Shown here: positions 56,211 through 64,000 of the stretch, one piece after another
Layout of the letters: each line of letters starts with the position of its first letter
Position numbering within the stretch: the first letter of the stretch is position 1
Assembly (NCBI GenBank): GCA_963664825.1
Contig: OY761614.1
Location: forward strand, 3,136,001-3,200,000
Direction: 5' to 3'
DNA: 64,000 nucleotides
Source of the DNA: an uncultured Holophaga sp.
Lineage (GTDB): Bacteria; Acidobacteriota; Holophagae; Holophagales; Holophagaceae
The notes under the pieces: model-generated
Database searches by the model: none
The model's input: the letters and a program-made list of their open reading frames with translations, nothing else
Told to the model about the DNA's origin: nothing
Program-made: the position numbers and the translations under genes

Positions 56211-59200
56211 TGGTCCGCTACGCGAAGCCCGAGCTCCTGGAGCACCTGGGCCCCTCCCACTGCGCCATCGAGGCCAGCGCAGGCACCGGCAAGACCTATA
56301 CCCTCGAGCACCTCGTCATCCAACTGATCCTGGAAGGGGTGCCCCTGGAACAGATCCTGGTGGTGACTTTCACCCGGAAGGCCACCCTGGAACTGATGGC
56401 CCGGGTCCGGGAGAAACTGGCGGAATTGGTGGCCCTCCGCGTCGACAAGGCGCCGGAGGGGAGCCCCTTCTGGGACCTCACGCCCACCCGGGTGGAACTC
56501 CTCCGGGAAGCCCTGCTGGGCTTCGATCGGGCCACCATTTCGACCATCCACGGGTTCTGCCAGCAGGTGCTCCAGGATGCCGCCTTCGAGGGGGGGCGGC
56601 TCTTCCAGCAGGAGGCCGTGGCCAGCGAAGAGGCCTTTGATCGGGCCTTCACGACCCTCCTGCGCACCCACTACGCCACCGAGCAGAAGGGACTGCTGGA
56701 AGTGGCCCTGCGCACCCAGGGCGGGCTCCAGGGGATCCGCCAGCTCCTCCAGGCCGCCCTTTCGGAATCCGGGGGCCTGGATCTGCCCTCGTTCAGGGAT
56801 GGCCGCAGCTGCCTGGAAGCCTTTCCCGCGGATCTCGCCCAGGCCTTTTTGGAGAATCCCCAGCGGATTCAGGCCGCCTTCCCGAAAGGCTTCAAGGCTA
56901 TCGGCAGCCGCTTGGCAGAGCTCCTCCAGCGCCGGGAGGAGGCGCTGGATTCGGCATTCCCGGAGGCCTTCTGGCTGGATACGGATTGGCTCAAGGACAA
57001 ACTCCTGGAGGACCTCGGCAAGATCCCCCAAGAGGGCCTGGAAGAGGAGGCCGGGACCCTGCTCCGGGCCATGGCCGCAGTGGGCAATTTTCAGGGCCTC
57101 CTGGTGGCGGCCTGCCTGCCCCCGCTCCAGGAGGAACTGCGGCGCTTCAAGACCGAAGAGGGCCTCTACGACTTCGACGACATGATCACCCTGGTGGCCG
57201 AAACCCTCCAGGGGCCCCGGGGGGGGGGTCTTGTGAAGCGGCTCCGGGAGCGCTTCCGGGTCGCCCTGATCGACGAATTCCAGGACACGGATCGCAGGCA
57301 ATGGGAGATCTTCCGCCGGATCTTCCTGGATTCTCCCGAGGGCCATCGCCTCTTCCTGGTGGGGGATCCCAAGCAGGCCATCTACGGCTTCCGGGGGGGC
57401 GATCTGCCCACCTACGGGGCCGCCCTGGAGGCGGTGCGGGAGCGGACGGGGCAGGAGCCCCTGGCCCTGGACCGGAATTTCCGGTCGACCCCTGGGCTCA
57501 TCGAGGCCACCAACGCCATGTTCGAGGCCTCCTTCTTCTCCGAGGCCAATGCCGATCACTACCGGCACCCCGTCACCTGCGGGAGGCCCTCCCTGCGTCT
57601 CACAGACAGGGAAGGGCGGGAGCTCCCGGCCATCCGTACCGTCGATGTCCCCACCGGCAGGGCTAAGGCGCGGCAGACCAAGCTCCAGGCGGCCCGCGCC
57701 CTGGCCGCGGCCCTTCAGGAGACCCTCGCCACCGGGCAGTTCAACGGGACCGGCCCCCGGAAGGCCCTGCGCTTCGAAGATGTCTTCGTCCTGACCCAGA
57801 CCCTCAAGGAGGGCAGGCCCATGGCCCAGGCCCTGCGGGAGCTGGGCATTCCCTCGGCCCTTTATCGCCAGGGCGGGCTCTTCGAGGGGCCGGAGGCCGA
57901 GGCCTGCCGGGATATCCTGCTAGCCATCGAGTCGCCCCTGGATGAATGCCGGCGGGCCAAGGCTCTGTTGGGGCCATTTTTCGGGCTCTCCTTCGGGGAA
58001 GCCGAGAGGGCCCGGGAATTGCCCGAAGGCCATCCCATCCTGGCCCTCCTCTTCGGGTGGCGGGAGCTGGCCCAGCAGGGGCGCTTCGGGGAACTGTTCA
58101 ATCGCCTCGTCTCCGAGAGCGGCCTCAGCCTGCGCCTCCTCTTCCTGGAGGAGGGCCAGCGCACCCTCACCAATCTGCTGCACATCCTGGAGCTGCTCCA
58201 GCAGGAAGCCCTGGGATGCCACTGCACCCTGGCCGATCTGGCGATCCGGGTGCAGCGGTGGATCGAGGGCCAGGACCGGCCCGCCGCCGAGGATGGGGAT
58301 ACCCAGCGCCTGGAGCGCCAGGGCGGAGCGGTCCAGATCCTCACCATGCACAAGGCCAAGGGCCTCCAGGCCCCGGTCGTCGTGCTCTTCGGGGGCAGAG
58401 CCAAGGGCAAGGAAGGCCCCATCCACCGCTATCACGCCGAAGGGGACCGCAGGGCCTGGGTGGGGCCGGTGAAGGCCGCGCCTGCTGAGGTCCAGGCCTG
58501 GATCCAGCAGGAACAGCGGGAGGAATGGGAGCGCCTGGCCTACGTGGCCCTCACCCGGGCCGAGGCCCAATTGCTGCTGCCCCGCTACGTGCCTGGGGAG
58601 GAAGACCCCTCCCCTCACGGGAATTTCGATAAGACCGGCAACCCCAGGGAGGGGCTCTACCGGGTCCTGAATCTCCGCCTCCAGGCCCCCTTGGGTCCGG
58701 CAGAGGAGAAGATCGATCGGATTCCGGTGGGCCCCTGGGCCCCGGAAACGCCTGTCGCTGCGCCCACACCCTGGACGCTCGCCTTGCCCACGCCCTGGCC
58801 TCGGCCCGATTTCGAGGCCCTGCGCCGCCGGGGATGCCCGGTCTGGATGTTCAGTTTCTCGGGGCTCCAGCAGGGGCTGGGAGGGGAGGAGGCTCCTTCC
58901 GAAGAGGCGCGGGAGCCCGTGCTTCCGGGAGGGCCCAAGGGGGGGACGAAATTCGGCACCCAGGTCCATGCCCTGCTCCAGCGGGTGGATCCCACTTCCT
59001 TCCAGGGCCGGGACCCGGCCTCCTGGATGGCCCTGCCGGGGTCCATCGCCCTGGCCGAACAGCTCTCCCCGGAGGATCGGCCTGAAGCCCTGCGCTGGGC
59101 TTACCTGGCCATGACGCGGCCCATCCCGCTGCCCCAGGGCGGGACGGCCAGCCTGTATCAGGCGGAGGAATGCCTGCGGGAACTGGATTTCGTGACCCCC

Positions 59201-59587
59201 TACCCGGAGCGCCAGGATCTCCTCACAGGTTCCATGGATCTGCTCTTCCAGGCCGGAGGGCGGACCCATGTGCTGGACTGGAAGACGAACCGCTTGGCGG
59301 CCTACGACGAGGCCCATCTGGAGGAGGCGGTGCAGGGGCACTACCTCCTCCAGGTGAAGATCTATGCCCTGACCACCTGCCGCTTCCTGGGCATCCAGGA
59401 CCGGGAGGCATACGAGCGGGCCTTCGGCGGCATCGTCTACGTATTCCTGCGGGGCCTGCCCCTGGAGGAGGGCGTTTGGACCTATCGCCCCTCCTGGGAG
59501 GAACTTCAGGGCTGGGAACGGGATCTCGCGGCCCTTCAGCCCCAGCGGCTGATCCCGGCCCATGCGGGAGGCGAGCGCCATGGCTGA
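56210..59587 (+). CDS. recB: Exodeoxyribonuclease V beta subunit
   Basis: EASAGTGKT, VTFTRKAT, STIHGFC, DEFQDTD, GDPKQAIYGFRG, TMHKAKGL, YVALTRA, nuclease GSMDL..DWKTN. Confidence 0.95.
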   Translation: MVRYAKPELLEHLGPSHCAIEASAGTGKTYTLEHLVIQLILEGVPLEQILVVTFTRKATLELMARVREKLAELVALRVDKAPEGSPFWDLTPTRVELLREALLGFDRATISTIHGFCQQVLQDAAFEGGRLFQQEAVASEEAFDRAFTTLLRTHYATEQKGLLEVALRTQGGLQGIRQLLQAALSESGGLDLPSFRDGRSCLEAFPADLAQAFLENPQRIQAAFPKGFKAIGSRLAELLQRREEALDSAFPEAFWLDTDWLKDKLLEDLGKIPQEGLEEEAGTLLRAMAAVGNFQGLLVAACLPPLQEELRRFKTEEGLYDFDDMITLVAETLQGPRGGGLVKRLRERFRVALIDEFQDTDRRQWEIFRRIFLDSPEGHRLFLVGDPKQAIYGFRGGDLPTYGAALEAVRERTGQEPLALDRNFRSTPGLIEATNAMFEASFFSEANADHYRHPVTCGRPSLRLTDREGRELPAIRTVDVPTGRAKARQTKLQAARALAAALQETLATGQFNGTGPRKALRFEDVFVLTQTLKEGRPMAQALRELGIPSALYRQGGLFEGPEAEACRDILLAIESPLDECRRAKALLGPFFGLSFGEAERARELPEGHPILALLFGWRELAQQGRFGELFNRLVSESGLSLRLLFLEEGQRTLTNLLHILELLQQEALGCHCTLADLAIRVQRWIEGQDRPAAEDGDTQRLERQGGAVQILTMHKAKGLQAPVVVLFGGRAKGKEGPIHRYHAEGDRRAWVGPVKAAPAEVQAWIQQEQREEWERLAYVALTRAEAQLLLPRYVPGEEDPSPHGNFDKTGNPREGLYRVLNLRLQAPLGPAEEKIDRIPVGPWAPETPVAAPTPWTLALPTPWPRPDFEALRRRGCPVWMFSFSGLQQGLGGEEAPSEEAREPVLPGGPKGGTKFGTQVHALLQRVDPTSFQGRDPASWMALPGSIALAEQLSPEDRPEALRWAYLAMTRPIPLPQGGTASLYQAEECLRELDFVTPYPERQDLLTGSMDLLFQAGGRTHVLDWKTNRLAAYDEAHLEEAVQGHYLLQVKIYALTTCRFLGIQDREAYERAFGGIVYVFLRGLPLEEGVWTYRPSWEELQGWERDLAALQPQRLIPAHAGGERHG

Positions 59588-61487
59588 GGAACTCCTGCGG
59601 CTTCATCCGGGCTGGGCCCGGCTCCCGGCCAGGGCGCTGGATCTGGTGAGGGAACTCAACCAGGGCGGTGCCTCTCTTGTTTTGGCCTGGGAGCTGAGCG
59701 GTCTCATTCCGGGCTTGGACCTCCCCACCCGGGAGCGCTGCTTTGCCGTGGGCCTGGCCCTCCAGATCGTCCAAGGGCAGGGGCATACGCGCATGGCCCT
59801 GGTCCCGGCCCCAGGCAGTGCCACCGAGGCCCTCTTCCAGGCCCTGGGCTTGGGGGATTGCGATCTCGGGGGCTTCCTGCAAACTCCTGCCTTGGCCCCC
59901 CTGGTGGGCGAGCCGGGGGAGGCCAAGCCGCTGATCCTGCATGGAGGCTGGCTCTACTCCCAGCGGCTGCTGGGGCACGAGCGGGAGCTCTCCGAGCGGA
60001 TCACGGGGCTCTGCTCGGCGGCTCCTCGGGCCGTGGTGGCCGTGGATGAAGCGGTGTTCCGGGATCCCGTCACCCTCAATGGTGAGCAGCGCCAGGCGGT
60101 GGCCATGGCCCTGGAAAGCCCCCTGACCCTTCTCACGGGGGGGCCGGGCACCGGCAAGACCTCCATCGTCATCTCCATGCTTCGGGCCCTGCTCCGCCAG
60201 CCAGACATTGGCTTGGAGGATATTGCCCTGGCGGCGCCCACGGGGAAGGCCGCCCAGCGCATGGGCGAGGCCATCCGCAGATCCCTGGGGGCCCTGAAGG
60301 CGCCCTCCGACGTCGATCAGATGCTCGGGACGGCCCTCGAACCGAGAACACTCCACCGCCTCCTGGCCTGGCATCCGCTGGCGGAGCGCTTCTGCCATGG
60401 CCCCGGGAATCCGCTGCCGGCGCGGGTCGTGATCGTGGACGAGGCCTCCATGATCAGCCAAGAACACATGGGGCGGCTCCTGGCGGCCCTGGCTCCCGGC
60501 GCGCGCCTCGTTCTGCTGGGGGATGCCGACCAGCTGCCCAGCGTGGAAGCCGGGTGCGCCTTCCGGGACATGGTTTCCAGCCTGGCCGGGCACCGCGTGG
60601 AACTGCTCCAGAGCTACCGCATGAGCGATGAGGATCCCGAGGGACGCAATATCCTGTCGGTGGCCCGGGCCCTCAATCACGCTGAAATTGACAGCCTCTG
60701 GGAGGGGCCGGAGCCCATCCATTGCCGCGAGAGCCTCGCCCAGCTCCGCTTTGCCCAGGTGGAACTCCTGGAACCGGCCCAAGTGGGGATGGGGGCCTTC
60801 CTGGAACATTGGTTCGAGCACCAGGTGACGGGCCTTCCCGGCTTCCAGGCCCGGGTCCGGCGGGTATTCAACTTCCTGGAGGGCTCCTGGGCTACCGGGG
60901 AGGAGGAGGCCCTGGGCGGGCTCTTCGAACACTTCGACGGGTTCCGCATCCTCTGTGCCCTGCGGGAGGGGGAAGATCTGCGGGGCGTCCAGTCGATCAA
61001 CGAACGCCTCCACGGCTGGATGCTGCACCTCACCGGAGAAGGGCTCCGTGGCCAGACTCCCTTCTGCGCGGGGGAGCCGGTCCTCATGACCACCAACGAC
61101 TACCGGCGGGGGATCTTCAACGGGGATCAGGGGCTGATCCTGAAGGTGCGCTTCGAGGACCAGATCCGCCAGGCCGCCGTGTTTCCGCGATCCGGTGGCT
61201 GGACGGCCTTTCCCCTGGAGCCCCTGAAACAGCAGCTGGAGCATGCCTACGCCATGACCATCCACAAGGCCCAGGGTTCCGAATACACCCGCATCGCCAT
61301 CGTCCTGCCCCGGGCCAATCATCGCGCCCTCACCCGGGAACTCCTCTACACGGGCCTCACCCGGGCCCGGCAATCCGTCCTCCTGCTCACGGAACGGGAG
61401 CGGGTCTCCTTCGCTTCCAATAATCCCACCCGGCGGGATTCGGGATTGGCGGAGCGGCTTAGGGGCCGTGGCCGCGATGTAGGGTAA
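59580..61487 (+). CDS. recD: Exodeoxyribonuclease V alpha subunit
   Basis: GGPGTGKT, APTGKAA, TLHRLL, VDEASM, GDADQLPSV, NGDQG, TIHKAQGSE, YTGLTRAR. Confidence 0.95.
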   Translation: MAEELLRLHPGWARLPARALDLVRELNQGGASLVLAWELSGLIPGLDLPTRERCFAVGLALQIVQGQGHTRMALVPAPGSATEALFQALGLGDCDLGGFLQTPALAPLVGEPGEAKPLILHGGWLYSQRLLGHERELSERITGLCSAAPRAVVAVDEAVFRDPVTLNGEQRQAVAMALESPLTLLTGGPGTGKTSIVISMLRALLRQPDIGLEDIALAAPTGKAAQRMGEAIRRSLGALKAPSDVDQMLGTALEPRTLHRLLAWHPLAERFCHGPGNPLPARVVIVDEASMISQEHMGRLLAALAPGARLVLLGDADQLPSVEAGCAFRDMVSSLAGHRVELLQSYRMSDEDPEGRNILSVARALNHAEIDSLWEGPEPIHCRESLAQLRFAQVELLEPAQVGMGAFLEHWFEHQVTGLPGFQARVRRVFNFLEGSWATGEEEALGGLFEHFDGFRILCALREGEDLRGVQSINERLHGWMLHLTGEGLRGQTPFCAGEPVLMTTNDYRRGIFNGDQGLILKVRFEDQIRQAAVFPRSGGWTAFPLEPLKQQLEHAYAMTIHKAQGSEYTRIAIVLPRANHRALTRELLYTGLTRARQSVLLLTERERVSFASNNPTRRDSGLAERLRGRGRDVG

Positions 61488-61514
61488 TCCTGACTTTTTG
61501 AGTAGACTTTGGCC

Positions 61515-62408
61515 ATGGCCCGTCCTTCCCTCCTCCCCGGTCCCCGTCCCCCTTGGCTGAAGATCAAGGTGCCCGCTGCCGAGATCACCTTGGAGGTGGC
61601 CCGCCTGATGCGCTCCAAGCAGCTCGTCACGGTCTGCGAGGAGGCCCGCTGCCCCAACCAACAGGAATGCTGGGGCGTGCACCGCACGGCCACCTTTATG
61701 CTGCTGGGGGATGTCTGCACCCGGCACTGCGGCTTCTGCAATGTTACCAAGGGCAAGCCCGGCCAAATCGATCCCCTGGAGCCTCAGCGCGTGGCGGAGG
61801 CCGTGGCGACCCTGGGGCTGAAATTCGCGGTGGTCACCAGCGTGAACCGGGATGATCTGGCCGATGGCGGCGCGGAGCACTTCGCCCAGACCATCGGCTG
61901 GATCCGCACCCTTTCACCTGGATGCGGCGTGGAAGTGCTCATCCCGGACTTCCAGGGGCGCCAGGCCGATCTGCTCAGGGTGCTGGAGGCACGGCCCCAG
62001 GTGCTCAACCACAACGTGGAGACCATCCCCCGGCTCTACCGGCGCGTGCGCCCTGACGCCGACTACCTCCAGAGCATGACGCTGCTCTCCCGGGCCGCGG
62101 CCTGGCGGGACATCCATGCGCCGGAGCTGCGCACCAAGAGCGGCATCATGGTGGGGCTCGGAGAAAGCCCCGAAGAAGTGCTGGACCTGATGAAGGACTG
62201 GCGGGCCGCTCGGGTCGATATCGCCACCCTCGGCCAGTATCTGCCCCCCTCGGAGCATCATCTGCCCCTGGTGCGTTTCGTGGAACCCGGTGAATTCGAG
62301 ATGTTCCGCCTCAAGGGCCTTGAAATGGGCTTTCAGAGGGTGGAGTCCGCGCCCCTGGTGCGCAGCAGCTACCATGCCGGGGAGGGCTACGCCCCCCCGC
62401 TGGGGTGA
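61515..62408 (+). CDS. lipA: Lipoyl synthase
   Basis: CEEARCPNQQECW (CX4CX5C), CTRHCGFC, NHNVET, RSSYHA. Confidence 0.96.
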   Translation: MARPSLLPGPRPPWLKIKVPAAEITLEVARLMRSKQLVTVCEEARCPNQQECWGVHRTATFMLLGDVCTRHCGFCNVTKGKPGQIDPLEPQRVAEAVATLGLKFAVVTSVNRDDLADGGAEHFAQTIGWIRTLSPGCGVEVLIPDFQGRQADLLRVLEARPQVLNHNVETIPRLYRRVRPDADYLQSMTLLSRAAAWRDIHAPELRTKSGIMVGLGESPEEVLDLMKDWRAARVDIATLGQYLPPSEHHLPLVRFVEPGEFEMFRLKGLEMGFQRVESAPLVRSSYHAGEGYAPPLG

Positions 62409-63367
62409 GGGCTTTCCCTGGCTAAGGGATGGGTGGGGTCTGGGCCGATATCCTGCAACCAGCCCCCCAGGTTCTCGAGGATGCCCATGCGGCTCATGTG
62501 ATGGAAGTGCTCGTGGGCCGTGGCGTCGAAGATGCGAATCTGGCCCAGACGGCCGCCCCAGGTCTCGATGCGACGCCGCAGGATCCGGAGATCCAGGGGA
62601 TCCGAGAAGACGAGATCGAAGCATGTGTCGGGTCGATCGGCCGTGATGCCCAGCAGGCGCGCCACTCGGTGCTCGGGGTCAGCCGAGACTTCAGCGGCGC
62701 TCTTGGCGAGCTGGGCCCAGTCTTTCCGAGCGATGGTTCGGAAGTACATGGCCATGTCCTGCATGAGGGTGGCGCTGAGCCTCCCCTCCGAACTGGCTTT
62801 CACCACCCGGGATACGAAGCCCTTGTGGGCTTCCTGGTTGCGGGCCAAGCCCCGGCTGGTGGCGGCGTGGAAGGAGGCCGTGATGCGGCTGGTGATGAAA
62901 CAAGAATTCGCATGGACATTCATTTCCGCCAGGACCACACGGACGAGGGGCCATGACGCCTCCAAGCTGGCCAGCACCTCCACGCTCAGATCGCTGCCGA
63001 AGGAAAACCCATAGAGGATCACCTCCTGGGCGGGGTGTTCGGCCAGGAAATGCGCCATGAAGGCCGCCACCTGCTTGCCCTGTTCGGCCATGGAGAAGCT
63101 GGAATCCGGGATCCGGTCCTTCCCGTTCTCGAAGCCCGGCACCGTCAGGGCCACATGATATCCATGCCAGTAGGGGTAATTGGCGGGGGCCTTGTCCAGG
63201 GTCTGGATGGCCTCCCAGAAACCCTCCAAGTCCAGGCCAATGCCATTGAGGAAGAACACGGCGCTGGGGGCGACGGCGGCGGCCGGGGAGGCTCCCCCAG
63301 GAAGATTCCAGCGGTGCAGGATTCCGGTGAGGGGGCAGCGGCAGGGCTTTTCGGGAGATGAGGGCAT
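62387..63367 (-). CDS. Alpha/beta-hydrolase-fold protein of unknown function
   Basis: FFLNGIG, ALTVPGF, nucleophile elbow GFSFG. Confidence 0.65.
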   Translation of the reverse strand: MPSSPEKPCRCPLTGILHRWNLPGGASPAAAVAPSAVFFLNGIGLDLEGFWEAIQTLDKAPANYPYWHGYHVALTVPGFENGKDRIPDSSFSMAEQGKQVAAFMAHFLAEHPAQEVILYGFSFGSDLSVEVLASLEASWPLVRVVLAEMNVHANSCFITSRITASFHAATSRGLARNQEAHKGFVSRVVKASSEGRLSATLMQDMAMYFRTIARKDWAQLAKSAAEVSADPEHRVARLLGITADRPDTCFDLVFSDPLDLRILRRRIETWGGRLGQIRIFDATAHEHFHHMSRMGILENLGGWLQDIGPDPTHPLARESPHPSGGA

Positions 63368-63503
63368 GGGGATCAGGGCCGAAAGGGCCGGGGGGGAGAG
63401 GGCCCCGGAAGCCCACCATACATCCCTTGGACCTCGTCCGCATGGGCTCAGTTCCCTGGGGCCTCACTTGCGCCGACCCTTTCTTTCGTTCCAGACTCCT
63501 CCC

Positions 63504-64000
63504 ATGCGCCGCCTCGCCGTGATCCATCATCAGCACCGGGAATGGGTGTCCGCCCTGGGGGAGGCCGAGCCCCGGTTGGAGATCCGAGGCTGGCACCCCA
63601 AGGATGCCCTGGAGGCCGATGGCCCCTGGCTGGCGGAGGCCGAGGCGCTCTTCACCTGGCGCTTTCCCTCAGGGCTCCTGGCGCGGATGCCCCGGCTGAC
63701 ATGGATCCAGAACAGCGGCGCGGGCGTGGATCAGCTGCTGGGCAACCCGGAAATCGGCGCCGAGATCCTCATCACCCGAGCCGATGGGGCCTTCGGCTTC
63801 TGGATGGCCCGCTACGTCGTGGGACACCTGCTGTCGGAAGCCCAGCGGATGGAGGAATGCCGGGCATCTCAAGAGAGTCGAACCTGGAATGCCGGGCTGA
63901 TCCCCGAGGACCTCCGCGGCCGAATGGCCCTGGTCGTGGGTTTCGGCCGCATCGGCCGCCAGATCGGGAGGGCCCTGCGGGAGCTGGGCCTGGAGGTGCA
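63504..64000 (+). CDS. D-2-hydroxyacid dehydrogenase (GhrA-like), truncated by window edge
   Basis: Manual translation: ..MPRLTWIQNSGAGVDQL..VVGFGRIGRQIG. Confidence 0.88.
   Translation, partial: MRRLAVIHHQHREWVSALGEAEPRLEIRGWHPKDALEADGPWLAEAEALFTWRFPSGLLARMPRLTWIQNSGAGVDQLLGNPEIGAEILITRADGAFGFWMARYVVGHLLSEAQRMEECRASQESRTWNAGLIPEDLRGRMALVVGFGRIGRQIGRALRELGLEV

Overview
GC-rich bacterial chromosomal segment, mostly housekeeping and anaerobic-metabolism genes. Gene content suggests an anaerobe such as Holophagae (Acidobacteriota); that assignment is inference only. Contents in order: a reverse-strand [FeFe]-hydrogenase maturation operon (hydF, two tandem hydE paralogues, threonine aldolase, CDF metal transporter; no hydG in the window); a divergent hemerythrin; a fused Fe-S flavoprotein plus DAO-family pair; an MCP; yggS; CIRCE-controlled groESL; miaB; a decaying lipoprotein pseudogene; imuB-dnaE2; guaC; xerD; acpP-fabF; uvrB; an M64 peptidase; an FHA-GAF-HisKA signalling protein; a PLD; kal-bcd-etfBA; a low-GC MCP; mqnE; a TetR-regulated YbhG/F/S/R-type efflux operon; rpoZ; coaBC; recCBD; lipA. 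No rRNA, tRNA, CRISPR array or transposase was seen. The strongest observations are: (1) a 93-nt double-hairpin repeat inserted in frame in one hydE copy, with a related intergenic copy near 10.95 kb; (2) a shared TCGC-N7-TCGC direct repeat upstream of both imuB-dnaE2 and uvrB, a candidate lineage-specific SOS box; (3) the asymmetric hydE duplication co-transcribed with a glycine-producing aldolase.
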